From NCBI RefSeq assembly GCF_001481685.1, contig NZ_CP006867.1, positions 1,140,001 to 1,172,000 on the forward strand: 32,000 nt of DNA, read 5' to 3'. Both the position numbers and the translations under genes were made by a program. Every line of letters starts with the position of its first letter. Positions within the stretch are counted from its first letter, which is position 1. Under the pieces are notes generated by a model that saw only the letters and a list, made by a program, of their open reading frames with translations, had not been told where the DNA came from and did not search any database. This DNA is from Ignicoccus islandicus DSM 13165. GTDB taxonomy: Archaea; Thermoproteota; Thermoprotei_A; Sulfolobales; Ignicoccaceae. Positions 1-9,192 of this stretch are shown in pieces.

Positions 1-43
1 CAGCAGCGCCTCTATTATCATTTAAGCACCGATGGCGAAGTTC

Positions 44-2014
44 TCAAGGAGAGGTTTTAGGAGTATTTCCTAAAACGTATGTCGCAACTTCCCTAACGTA
101 AGTTCCGAAGGATTTCCCTTTGGAGGCCTTTTCCAAGTACTCCCTCCAACTCAGTCCCATCCTCTCTTTCCAAACGGGATAGACTGACTTAAGGTTGCTT
201 AGAGCGATTTCGTGGACCTCGCAGAACTGCCCGACTCTGGGTCTACCGCATATCGGGCAAGGGTTAGAGGGCTCTAAGTCCCCTAGTGAGTAAGCCAAGC
301 TTAAACCGACTTCCCCTAGCCTCGGTAAATACTTTGATATCAACCTCTTCAACTCGCTCTTCGCCTCCTCTACTACTTCTTCCCTCTTCCTCTTACCAAG
401 CCGCACGTTCTCCATCTCGATTTCGAACTTCCTCGTTAATTCAACGCTCGTCAACTCGGGGAAGAAGTTCAGCAGGACGGAGGCAACTGCTATACCCAAG
501 TCAGTCGCGTAGACCTTACCCTTCAAGTCCCTCAAGTAACCCCTCTTAAACAACGTCTCTACTATCCTGGCCCTCGTAGCTTCAGTTCCAATTCCAACCT
601 TCTCCATCCATTTAACAAGGCTCGCCTTAGTGTACCTCTCGGGCGCTTTAGTCAATTGCTGTCTCAAGGAACAACTTACCTCAACGACCTCGCCCTTCGA
701 GAAGTCAGGTAATTCCTTCTCTTGAGGTGCAGAGAATGGGTAATATAAGCTCCATCCCTTCCATAAGGTTCTCCTTCCGGTAGCCTTCACCGTTACCCCA
801 TTGACTTCCAATTCTACAGTTACTACCTCGTATTTGGCTTCGGTGGCCATAGTAGCCATGAAGCGCCTCACTATTAGGTCGTATATCATTGCATGTTCCT
901 TATCGAGACCACTTGGGACTTTACCGGTAGGGTAAATGGCCGGATGCGCTGGATCGTCTTTCGGGCCGTTATTAGGTTGGAGGACGCCCTTCGTTTCCTT
1001 AATTAGTGCATAAACGTACTTCGAATACTGCGACTTCTTTAATGCGTCTAGTATTCCCCTCAAGTCTAAGTCCTTCGGATACTTCTGGCTATTAGTCCTT
1101 GGATAAGAGATATATGCGTCTAGATACAAGTCTTCAGCTATTTTCTGTGTCTTGGCTGGTGAGAAACCGAACAGCCTGGCGGCCTCTTGCTGCAAATCGG
1201 GAAGGTTGAACGGGTGAGGCGGTCTGAGCCTCTCAACTCTAGAAACGACGTCTCTAACCACGCCTCTATTGCACTTGCTTTTCCATGAGAGAGTCTCGCT
1301 CTTCTTCTCGAACTTAATAGATGGTTCAAACGTAACTCCCTTTGACGAAATTGTAATTGAAAAGTAGGGTAACGGAACGAAGGTACCGATCTGAAGTTCC
1401 CTCTTGACGGCTTCCAGTAAGGTCGGGCTCTGCACCCTTCCGGCCGATAAACTCTTCGATCTCCCGGTTGCCTCCCTATAGGCCCTCATTAACGCCCTCG
1501 AGACGTTTATTCCCCAGAGCCAGTCCAGTTCGTGTCTCGTTAGTCCGGCCTCCACCATTTCCCAATCTAACGGTCTCAAGTTCCTCCAAGCTCTCCTCAG
1601 CTCTTGGGGAGTCAGTGCGTGAAAGACCATTCTCCTTGCCTTTCGCAAGTCGCCTAAGTTCTTGATTACCATAAAGCCAATCACAGATCCTTCGATATCG
1701 TAGTCACATGCATTAACGTATAGAGAAGCTCCTTTGGCGACCTTACCTAGGACTAAAAGGAACTTTTTAGTATGGGAGGAACTTTTATCTATCTCGTACA
1801 AGGGTTTCCACTCGTATGAGTAGATGGGGAACGAATTGGACTTGGCAGCTATTCCGTACAAGTGGCCCGCCGCAGACGCTACTATTATTTTAGTTCCATT
1901 AACAACTTCCCAATAAGGAACGTTGTATAACTTCTTCTTTTTCGGAGTGCCGAGGGCCGAAGCTATCTTTTCGGCCGCCTTAGGCTTCTCGGCTATCACC
2001 AGTACGTGATTCAA
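44..2014 (-). CDS. topA: Type IA DNA topoisomerase (topoisomerase I/III family)
   Basis: 656 aa ORF with N-terminal Toprim-like 'VLVIAEKPKAAEKIA', 'CDYDIEG', active-site region 'YISYPRTNSQKYP', and a C-terminal zinc-finger-like 'CPICGRPRVGQFC..H'. Confidence 0.93.
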   Translation of the reverse strand: MNHVLVIAEKPKAAEKIASALGTPKKKKLYNVPYWEVVNGTKIIVASAAGHLYGIAAKSNSFPIYSYEWKPLYEIDKSSSHTKKFLLVLGKVAKGASLYVNACDYDIEGSVIGFMVIKNLGDLRKARRMVFHALTPQELRRAWRNLRPLDWEMVEAGLTRHELDWLWGINVSRALMRAYREATGRSKSLSAGRVQSPTLLEAVKRELQIGTFVPLPYFSITISSKGVTFEPSIKFEKKSETLSWKSKCNRGVVRDVVSRVERLRPPHPFNLPDLQQEAARLFGFSPAKTQKIAEDLYLDAYISYPRTNSQKYPKDLDLRGILDALKKSQYSKYVYALIKETKGVLQPNNGPKDDPAHPAIYPTGKVPSGLDKEHAMIYDLIVRRFMATMATEAKYEVVTVELEVNGVTVKATGRRTLWKGWSLYYPFSAPQEKELPDFSKGEVVEVSCSLRQQLTKAPERYTKASLVKWMEKVGIGTEATRARIVETLFKRGYLRDLKGKVYATDLGIAVASVLLNFFPELTSVELTRKFEIEMENVRLGKRKREEVVEEAKSELKRLISKYLPRLGEVGLSLAYSLGDLEPSNPCPICGRPRVGQFCEVHEIALSNLKSVYPVWKERMGLSWREYLEKASKGKSFGTYVREVATYVLGNTPKTSP

Positions 2015-2112
2015 AGCGGTCTTCCATAACCCCGATTGGGTCCAAGGGCTCTTGAAGGGATGGGCTCCTTACACTTAATCCTCTCTACTGATTCCAGTCC
2101 TGGAGAATTACG

Positions 2113-3096
2113 TTGAGGGGCTCCTACGAAGCCGTAGTATCGAAGGTCCTAGTAGCTTTCTCGCTAATAGTTTTCGCAATCGGTTACGTAGTGAGCGTGG
2201 CGAAACTCAATTGGCTCCATATAGACTTGATGAAGAGCGCTTTGGTGCTCTTCCCTCATGGCGTAGCAATAGCATACGCTAGCAGTTTGAGTAAGAGAAA
2301 GGAATTGTATAAGCTACACTTACTTAGCTTACCGTTGATAGCTCTCCCGTTCTCATATGACATAGTTAGATACTACCTTATAATAGTATCAAGCTACTTC
2401 GTTCCCTTTACCTTACTCTCGTCTAAGGATTGGAAAGGGCCCTTCAAGCGGTCGCTGGAGTTAGTTGCCGTTTCGTACTTAGCTTTAGCGTTATATTCAG
2501 CGATTCGCGCTAACGATCCCTTCATAGATGGCGTTAGGCTCTTGGTTTACCCAATAACTTTAATTTACGCAGTGTCTAGCCAGTCCTTCCCGAAAACGTT
2601 TGGAGACCAAGCCCATTGGGGCTTGGTCTTTACGTCTTCTGTATTAGCGTTCTCAATTCTGCTTTACCCAAATCCTGCCTCCGTATTGACCGTCGCTTCC
2701 TTGTTCCTATATCTCGTATCAATCAAACTTTACAAATTTAGAGAATATCTAGCGAAAGTGGAAAGCATGAAGGACAAGCCGATTCCGTACAGAGCGAACA
2801 GGTACTTCCTTTACGGTCATTTATGGGTAATCGTATCTACCTTAGCTCCTTTGCTTTACTTCAATTCGCCCCTAGCGTTCCTCCACTCGCTAGTCCTAGG
2901 TTTCATTTCGCTCCATATATTCATACACTTCCCGTTAATGGTTCCAATTATACTCAGAATAAGGAACGCTAAGAGGTACAACCAGTTGCCTTATCCCTTT
3001 GCGATCATATCGGCGTTCGTTTGGCCTTTCGCGAAAGATTTAGCGTGGATTTCCTTCTTAGTGGGTTTCGCTCTACTACTGCGAATAGTCCTTTGA
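2113..3096 (+). CDS. Polytopic membrane protein of unknown function
   Basis: 327 aa ORF with many hydrophobic segments; divergent from topA; no family recognised. Confidence 0.7.
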   Translation: MRGSYEAVVSKVLVAFSLIVFAIGYVVSVAKLNWLHIDLMKSALVLFPHGVAIAYASSLSKRKELYKLHLLSLPLIALPFSYDIVRYYLIIVSSYFVPFTLLSSKDWKGPFKRSLELVAVSYLALALYSAIRANDPFIDGVRLLVYPITLIYAVSSQSFPKTFGDQAHWGLVFTSSVLAFSILLYPNPASVLTVASLFLYLVSIKLYKFREYLAKVESMKDKPIPYRANRYFLYGHLWVIVSTLAPLLYFNSPLAFLHSLVLGFISLHIFIHFPLMVPIILRIRNAKRYNQLPYPFAIISAFVWPFAKDLAWISFLVGFALLLRIVL

Positions 3097-3101
3097 TCTC
3101 G

Positions 3102-3128
3102 TCCAAGCAATTTAAATCTCCTCTCCGA
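3102..3128 (+). repeat. 27-bp direct repeat copy 1 (tccaagcaatttaaatctcctctccga), promoter-like
   Basis: Identical to 4575..4601; contains the TATA-like core TTTAAAT. Confidence 0.85.
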
Positions 3129-3197
3129 CTACTAGTTTAAATTCCATACCTCGAAACACCATTACCCCTATCGCACTGTAGTATAGATATATATACT

Positions 3198-4283
3198 ATG
3201 AATTCGAAATATAGTAACTGCTGGTTAGAGATGTCTTTCAAAGCGTTTACGCTAACTTTGGCTCTACTACTAGTTTCTAGAGCGATGAGCCTATCCGAAT
3301 TGTGGAGTTACAACAGTGCAGGTACCGCCACAAGCCTAACTTTTTCGGAAAACGGAAACTTGGGAGTTTCCTCTTTGGACAGTTGCGCTTACGTGTTCGA
3401 TCAAAATGGCAACTTGTTGAACAAGACGTGTGGATGTTGGAATTGCTATATGGGAGACGTCTCCTACTGCTGCGGGAAATTCGGTTTCATTAACGAAGAT
3501 AACAAAGCCTACATTTTCTACGAAAACGGGACGCTGTGGAAGAAGGTAGATGTAGGTTCACATTACTATCACAGTGCAATCACAATACACTCTAACGGCT
3601 TCATTGCTTGTAGGAGCTACTGCGCTTACCTTTACTTTAATGGAACAAGGAAATGGAACGTATATGTTGGATACGTTGAGAACGGTCCTAGTATTCACGC
3701 TAACTACGTTTACGCAGCTGATATTAATGGGAAAAGTCTCTGCGTCCTCAGGCTCTCCAACGGCGCTAAAGTAAAGGAAATAAGTTACAATGAATTCGTT
3801 TACGACACTGCTACCTGCAGTAATTACTTGGCAGTTTCAACTTTACATCACCTTTACCTCTATGACCTATCTGACCCCGTTAACCCTATTGAGCTCTGGA
3901 GTAGTGAGGGACTTAACTATGCTATTCATATCACCTTCTCGCCGGATTGTAGGTACATAGCTGTTGCTGATTACAACAACAAGAAGCTCAAGATATTCGA
4001 TATACGAGGTGAGCTAGTATTAGAGAAGGGATACCCTAACGAAGTCTATAGCGTCGCTTGGTGGAACGATAGAATTGCGGTCGGATTAAACAGTAACGAA
4101 TTCCGCGTTTACAAGATTGTCTTTGATCAAATCCAGAATACAGCTACAACTATTAGCACGTCTACTGAGAGTGAGAGTACCCAAGCTTCTGAAAGCGTTG
4201 ATGAAACGGGAACTCAAATACCCCTTGTAGCTCTGGCAGTTCCCGTGATTATTACACTCGGGAGAAAACTCAAATTGCTGTAA
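3198..4283 (+). CDS. Secreted or membrane-anchored beta-propeller (WD40/PQQ-like) protein with Cys-rich N-terminal half
   Basis: 361 aa: hydrophobic N-terminal segment 'FTLTLALLLVSRAMS', repeated blades ('CAYVFDQNGNLL', 'AYIFYENGTLWKKV', 'LKIFDIRGELVLEKG'), Ser/Thr-rich stalk, C-terminal hydrophobic 'IPLVALAVPVIITLG' plus basic residues. The start may be the ATG at 3231. Confidence 0.7.
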   Translation: MNSKYSNCWLEMSFKAFTLTLALLLVSRAMSLSELWSYNSAGTATSLTFSENGNLGVSSLDSCAYVFDQNGNLLNKTCGCWNCYMGDVSYCCGKFGFINEDNKAYIFYENGTLWKKVDVGSHYYHSAITIHSNGFIACRSYCAYLYFNGTRKWNVYVGYVENGPSIHANYVYAADINGKSLCVLRLSNGAKVKEISYNEFVYDTATCSNYLAVSTLHHLYLYDLSDPVNPIELWSSEGLNYAIHITFSPDCRYIAVADYNNKKLKIFDIRGELVLEKGYPNEVYSVAWWNDRIAVGLNSNEFRVYKIVFDQIQNTATTISTSTESESTQASESVDETGTQIPLVALAVPVIITLGRKLKLL

Positions 4284-4574
4284 TAACATCACACCTTGTT
4301 CAATTTATGTTCAATTTATTTTACCACACACTTTTTCGAGAAACTAGGAAACGCATCGCTTAGTATACGTTCGTATTAAATTGCCTAAGGTGTCTCTAGA
4401 AGGCTCTGACTTATTACGCTAGATAACCTATCATTAGGAACTGTCTCTTACCATTTATTATCAAAGCGTTCTGCTAATTAGCTCTCTGGAACCTTCTTCC
4501 TCATAAGCCCTCTGTTTCTATAAGGTTTGGAAACTATTATGGTTTCGAGAACGCGTAAATATTACAATGGCAAT

Positions 4575-4601
4575 TCCAAGCAATTTAAATCTCCTCTCCG
4601 A
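4575..4601 (+). promoter_or_regulatory. 27-bp direct repeat copy 2; likely BRE/TATA promoter element of the rps19e operon
   Basis: Exact match to 3102..3128; TTTAAAT lies about 35 nt upstream of the S19e ATG. Confidence 0.65.
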
Positions 4602-4622
4602 ATTGCACATGGGGGTTGAGCA

Positions 4623-5087
4623 ATGATAACTCCAAAGGAAGTTCCACCGGATAGATTCAACCAAAAGCTAGCTATGTACCTTAAGGAGAAGTTCCCGGAA
4701 ATAAGGCCTCCTGAGTGGGCTATGTACGCTAAGACCGGCCCTCATAAGGATAGGCCTCCTATGGACGTAGACTGGTGGTACTATAGGGCAGCAAGCATAT
4801 TAAGGAAATTGTATATCAGTGGAGAGCCAATAGGAATAGAAACGTTCAGGACCATTTACGGAGGCAGGCAAAGGAGAGGCGTGGCTCCTGCGCACTTCAA
4901 GAAAGCCGGAGGATCTCATATAAGGAAAATACTCCAACAACTCGAGAAAGTTGGTTTAGTAAGGAAGACGAAGAACGGAAGAGTCCTAACTCCTGCTGGA
5001 AGGAGCGTTCTAGATCACGTTGCCTACTACACCTTCTTGGAAGTCGCCCAAGAGATGAAGGAGCTGGAGAAGTACCTCGGGAGGTGA
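4623..5087 (+). CDS. rps19e: 30S ribosomal protein S19e
   Basis: 154 aa; 'PPEWAMYAKTGPHKDRPPMDVDWWYYRAASILRKLY...GIETFRTIYGGRQRRGVAPAHF' is characteristic of S19e. Confidence 0.97.
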   Translation: MITPKEVPPDRFNQKLAMYLKEKFPEIRPPEWAMYAKTGPHKDRPPMDVDWWYYRAASILRKLYISGEPIGIETFRTIYGGRQRRGVAPAHFKKAGGSHIRKILQQLEKVGLVRKTKNGRVLTPAGRSVLDHVAYYTFLEVAQEMKELEKYLGR

Positions 5088-5452
5088 ACGCCGTTTTGAG
5101 TATTGACGAAAGGGAGTTAGAGGAACTCAAGCGGCGAAAGTTAATGGAACTTCAAAGGGAGCTGGAGAGCAAGAAGGCGGAAGAGCAGAGGAGAGCGAAG
5201 GAAGAGCTAATAAGAGAAGAAATATTGAGGAGGGCGCTAACCTCCGAGGCGAGACAGAGGCTCGCTAACGTTAAGCTGGTCAGACCGGAACTAGCCATCC
5301 AAGTTGAGAATTACATTATTGCACTTGCACAAGCCGGCAGAATTCCCAGACCAATAACAGATGAAGAACTAAAGGAAATACTAGCTAAATTAACTGCCCA
5401 TGAGAGGAGCACTGGCGGGAGAATAAACATCAAGGAAAGGGGGTGGAAGTGA
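5084..5452 (+). CDS. DNA-binding protein of the PDCD5/TFAR19 family
   Basis: '[18 protein letters not shown]...[30 protein letters not shown]...[14 protein letters not shown]'. GTG start overlaps the S19e stop; TTG at 5096 is an alternative start. Confidence 0.93.
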   Translation: MNAVLSIDERELEELKRRKLMELQRELESKKAEEQRRAKEELIREEILRRALTSEARQRLANVKLVRPELAIQVENYIIALAQAGRIPRPITDEELKEILAKLTAHERSTGGRINIKERGWK

Positions 5453-5453
5453 G

Positions 5454-5612
5454 ATGGCCCATTACAAGCACGTCGCGAAGAAATTAAGATTAGCTAAGAA
5501 GACTAAACAGAATAGAGCCCTTCCCGCATGGGTTACTTTAAAGACGAGGAGAAGGGTTATTGTTAACCCCGTGAGGAGATACTGGAGGAGGCAAAAGATA
5601 AAGAACGTGTGA
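5454..5612 (+). CDS. rpl39e: 50S ribosomal protein L39e (absent from the supplied ORF track)
   Basis: Manual translation: [52 protein letters not shown], 52 aa, a typical L39e. Confidence 0.96.
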   Translation: MAHYKHVAKKLRLAKKTKQNRALPAWVTLKTRRRVIVNPVRRYWRRQKIKNV

Positions 5613-5623
5613 GGTGAATGGTA

Positions 5624-5926
5624 ATGCCAAAGGATAAGTCCGAAGTAATATATGTGATCAACTTGAACAGGATCTACTGGGGAAAGAGGGTAAACAGGGC
5701 CAAGAGGGCTATAAGGTTCATCCGCGAGTTCGTAATGAGACACACTGGGGCGGACGTAGTGAAGATAGACAACACAGTAAACAACTACGTATGGAGCAGG
5801 AGTATAGAGAAACCTCCTAGGAGAGTACCAGTATACGTAGAGACATATGAGGAAGAGAACGAAGAAGGGGGTAAAGTAAAGGTAGCTTATGTAACCTTAG
5901 CCAACGTTAAGAACGTGGAGGCCTAA
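5624..5926 (+). CDS. rpl31e: 50S ribosomal protein L31e
   Basis: 'VIYVINLNRIYWGKRVNRAKRAIRFIREFVMRHTGADVVKIDNTVNNYVWSRSIEKPPRRV'. ATG at 5624 preferred over 5618 because of the upstream GAGGTGA. Confidence 0.95.
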   Translation: MPKDKSEVIYVINLNRIYWGKRVNRAKRAIRFIREFVMRHTGADVVKIDNTVNNYVWSRSIEKPPRRVPVYVETYEEENEEGGKVKVAYVTLANVKNVEA

Positions 5927-5931
5927 CGCTT

Positions 5932-6612
5932 ATGGTAGATTTCGAAATTGAGAAGTTGAGCGTTTTTGGTAACCCGAACATAGGTGTCTACTTGTTTGCC
6001 AACAACCATTACGCAATAGTACCTAGTAACCTAGACGAGGACTCGGTAAAGATTATTGAAAGAACCCTGAAAGTGCAAGTAGTGAAGATCAGCGTCGTTA
6101 GTAGCCCATTAATAGGACTGTTCCTAGCCGGCAACGATCACGCAATTTTAGTTCCATATATTATAAAAGATTACGAGCTAAACGATCTCAGATCCCAAGT
6201 GGACATGAAAGTACACGTACTCCAAACGAAGCTCACTGCGCTCGGAAACGTAATACTTGCTAATAATAGTTACGCTTACGTACATCCTGAATTAAGGGAC
6301 GTTAAAGATAGAATAAAGGAAATGCTTGGGGTCGAAGTAGAGGAAAAGGAAATAGCAATGATCCCAACCGTAGGAAGCGCCGCCGTGGTAAATAACAAAG
6401 GCGGCGTAATACATCCGGAAGCTAGCGAGCAAGAGGCGATGGAGCTAAAGGAGAAGTTCAAGTTATCAGTCGTAGGTACTGCCACGGTAAACGAGGGTAT
6501 TCCCTACGTAAAGACCGGATTGGTTGCTAACGATAAGGGGGCATTGGTAGGAGAACAAACGACTCCAATAGAAATGGCGCACATAGAGAGGATCCTCTCG
6601 GGAAGGGAGTAG
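5932..6612 (+). CDS. eif6: Translation initiation factor 6 (aIF6)
   Basis: 226 aa with pseudo-repeats 'NPNIGVYLFANNHYAIVP', 'LTALGNVILANNSYAYVHPEL', and 'VGTATVNEGIPYVKTGLVANDKGALVGEQTTPIEMAHIE'. Confidence 0.95.
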   Translation: MVDFEIEKLSVFGNPNIGVYLFANNHYAIVPSNLDEDSVKIIERTLKVQVVKISVVSSPLIGLFLAGNDHAILVPYIIKDYELNDLRSQVDMKVHVLQTKLTALGNVILANNSYAYVHPELRDVKDRIKEMLGVEVEEKEIAMIPTVGSAAVVNNKGGVIHPEASEQEAMELKEKFKLSVVGTATVNEGIPYVKTGLVANDKGALVGEQTTPIEMAHIERILSGRE

Positions 6613-6613
6613 A

Positions 6614-8095
6614 TTGAAGAACGTAATTAAAATAAATTTATGTAGGCGGAAGATAAGGGAGTTTAATCCGATATGGGCGTTCGCCCCTAGAAGGGGGCCC
6701 AAAGTAGCTCTCTTCTATCCTGCTCCTTACGAGGTCGCATCTCAGAGCTTAGGGTTCCAATTAGTTTACGCGCTCCTAATAGCCCATGGTATTAGGGCTG
6801 AGAGGTTTACTACTGACTCTTGTGGCTTCAGTCTGGAGACGAAAACCCCCATAAAGAAGTTCGACTTTATTCTAGCGTCTTCCTCTTTCGAAATAGATTA
6901 CTTGTACCTAGCGGACTTCTTGAAGAGGTACAAGACTAACCAAAAGGTATTAGTAGGTGGTCTCTCTCCTATGGCTAATCCCATACCTTTATTCGACCTA
7001 GTAGATTACGTGGTGCTGGGCGAAGCGGAGGCAACTATACCGCAGTTGGCATCAGATTTCCATTCAGGTGATATAGAGCCAAGGGAGTGGCTAGTAAGTT
7101 CCACATCGGAAGGTGGTAAGAAGGCATGGATCGATTTGAAGGATGCTCCCTTGCTAGCTAGTCAGTTTCTCCCCTTAGATATAGATCCCCCTTGGGGAAA
7201 GGGCTTCTTAATTGAAGTAACCCGAGGTTGTCCGCACAAGTGTAGGTTTTGCATGGAAGGTTGGATCAATAAACCGTTTAGAGAGAGGGACTTGAAAAGC
7301 GTTATTAAAGTTTTGAGGGAAGTCGGCGAACCTTATGAGAAGGTAATTACTTTATCGCTGAGCCTAACGGATTACAACGATTACAAAGCGTACCTCCGGG
7401 AACTAGCTTCGCTCGAAGTAACCGGATCCGTTCCGAGCCTTAGAGTAGATGGAATAGATGAGGAAGCGGTCGAATTGATAAGGGCAATAGGTCAAAGAAC
7501 CGTTACAGTTGCTCCAGAAACGACCCTTCCGGAGAAATCAAAGGTTCTAGGAAAGGGATTTAATCCTAGTTTCTTAAAGGAGAAAATTAACTTAGTCAAG
7601 AAAGTTCAACTGAAGCCCAAAGCGTACGTAATGATAGTTCCCGGCGAACACTTGGAAACGGCCAAAAAAGAAATAGAGAACTTGAAGGAGATTTTCGGAA
7701 AGGAAACTCACTTTACAGTAAATCCCTTAATACCGAAGCCTTGGACGCCTCTTCAGATAGCCCCAATCCCAAGCGATAGGGAGGAAAGGGTCTTAATATA
7801 CTATAAGAAGAACCTACCTAACGCCGATTTGTATCCCATACGCTGGGCTAAATTGCAAGCAATCTTATCGCTCGCCACGAAGCCCGTGTTGAAGTACTTA
7901 GATCCGAAACTGCCGCCAAGCAAACAGATAGCTGAGCTCGCGAAGGTTATTGATTTAAGTGAGCTTCATAAATGGAGAACGGGTTGGGAACCTCCTTGGA
8001 TGAATTTCGAGGTAGCGGACCCAAGAGAAGCATTGAGGCTGGGAGAGGAAAGTTACGAAGCGTGGAGAGAGGTTTTCTCGGAATCTCGGACCTAA
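6614..8095 (+). CDS. Radical SAM protein (B12-binding-like N-terminal region)
   Basis: 493 aa, TTG start; 'EVTRGCPHKCRFCMEG' CxxxCxxC motif; N-terminal 'VALFYPAPYEVASQSLGFQLVYALL' and 'YVVLGEAEATIPQLA'. Confidence 0.88.
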   Translation: MKNVIKINLCRRKIREFNPIWAFAPRRGPKVALFYPAPYEVASQSLGFQLVYALLIAHGIRAERFTTDSCGFSLETKTPIKKFDFILASSSFEIDYLYLADFLKRYKTNQKVLVGGLSPMANPIPLFDLVDYVVLGEAEATIPQLASDFHSGDIEPREWLVSSTSEGGKKAWIDLKDAPLLASQFLPLDIDPPWGKGFLIEVTRGCPHKCRFCMEGWINKPFRERDLKSVIKVLREVGEPYEKVITLSLSLTDYNDYKAYLRELASLEVTGSVPSLRVDGIDEEAVELIRAIGQRTVTVAPETTLPEKSKVLGKGFNPSFLKEKINLVKKVQLKPKAYVMIVPGEHLETAKKEIENLKEIFGKETHFTVNPLIPKPWTPLQIAPIPSDREERVLIYYKKNLPNADLYPIRWAKLQAILSLATKPVLKYLDPKLPPSKQIAELAKVIDLSELHKWRTGWEPPWMNFEVADPREALRLGEESYEAWREVFSESRT

Positions 8096-9192
8096 TACTC
8101 CACGGAGGCAAGGTCCCACCTCATTTAATGAAGAGAATGAAAGGTCTCTCCGAGGCCATAGTTAAGTTCATAGTAGATGAATACGGTCCAACGGAGTTAA
8201 TTCAGAGGCTCTCCGACCCTTTCTGGTTCCAAGCGTTCAACAACGTTATAGGAATGGACTGGGATTCCTCAGGAAGTACTTCCGTAGTGATGGGTATACT
8301 TAAGGAACTCACGTGGAGGGAGGACCTCGGTTTCGTAGTGCTCGGTGGTAAAGGTAAGAACATGCTAAAAGTAAGAGAGGAAGCAGAGGAGGCCGCAAGG
8401 AAGTTTGACATAGATCCAATGGAGGTTTCGCTGTTCTCGAAGGTAACGGCTAGAATAGACTCTGCATTGCTTCAAGATGGGTACGACCTATACGTTCATT
8501 ACGTAGCTCTCTCAGAGGACGCGTGGCTGACGGTACAACAAGGAATGGACCTTGAAAGGAAACTGGCGAGGAGGTATCACGTAACTAATAGGAATTTTCC
8601 ATGGAAGAATCCTCACTCGGGGATTAGTGGGCTCAGGGGAGAGGCCTTAGATGTTTCAGCGCCTACTGGGAAGAAAGTTATGGAAGTAGGCGTAGAGGTA
8701 ATAAATGAGGGGAAGGCGTTTTCCTTACTAAAGGTCGCCAGAGCCTCGTTAAAGGGACAGAGGCGTCTCGATGGTAGCTTCGTTATAGATCCCTCCAAGC
8801 TGAAGTACTACTATCCCGTCAGACCCACTAAGCAATTGGAATTAGCACTAGAGAAGATAGCTCAAGCCTCTCCTTCGTCTGCTGAGGAACTACTCTTAAG
8901 CCCCGGTCTCGGGCCCAGAGTAGTTAGGGCCTTGGCGCTAATAGCCCACGTCATTTATGGATACGAGCCTTCGTTTGACGACCCCGTAACCTTCGATCCC
9001 TTCGCTTACGCTTACGCTGTAGGCGGTAAAGACGGAATACCTTACCCATACGACTTAAATGTAGCAGACGAGGCAATAGGGTTACTGAGGGAGGCTTTGG
9101 AGGAATCGTCCATAGAAGTTAAGTTAAAGAAGGCTGCCTTAAAGAGGTTGAGCGAATGGATAGGAAGAACTCTAGGGGAAGTTCAGAGATAG
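8062..9192 (+). CDS. DUF763 family protein
   Basis: 'MERGFLGISDLILHGGKVPPHLMKRM...NPHSGISGLRGEALDVSAP' resembles DUF763. In-frame GTG at 8062 fits the family N-terminus better than the track start at 7972. Confidence 0.82.
   Translation: MERGFLGISDLILHGGKVPPHLMKRMKGLSEAIVKFIVDEYGPTELIQRLSDPFWFQAFNNVIGMDWDSSGSTSVVMGILKELTWREDLGFVVLGGKGKNMLKVREEAEEAARKFDIDPMEVSLFSKVTARIDSALLQDGYDLYVHYVALSEDAWLTVQQGMDLERKLARRYHVTNRNFPWKNPHSGISGLRGEALDVSAPTGKKVMEVGVEVINEGKAFSLLKVARASLKGQRRLDGSFVIDPSKLKYYYPVRPTKQLELALEKIAQASPSSAEELLLSPGLGPRVVRALALIAHVIYGYEPSFDDPVTFDPFAYAYAVGGKDGIPYPYDLNVADEAIGLLREALEESSIEVKLKKAALKRLSEWIGRTLGEVQR

Noticed and set aside
7972-8061. N-terminal extension of the DUF763 protein in the track
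   Set aside because: Overlaps the radical SAM gene by ~124 nt and does not resemble the family; GTG at 8062 gives the expected N-terminus.
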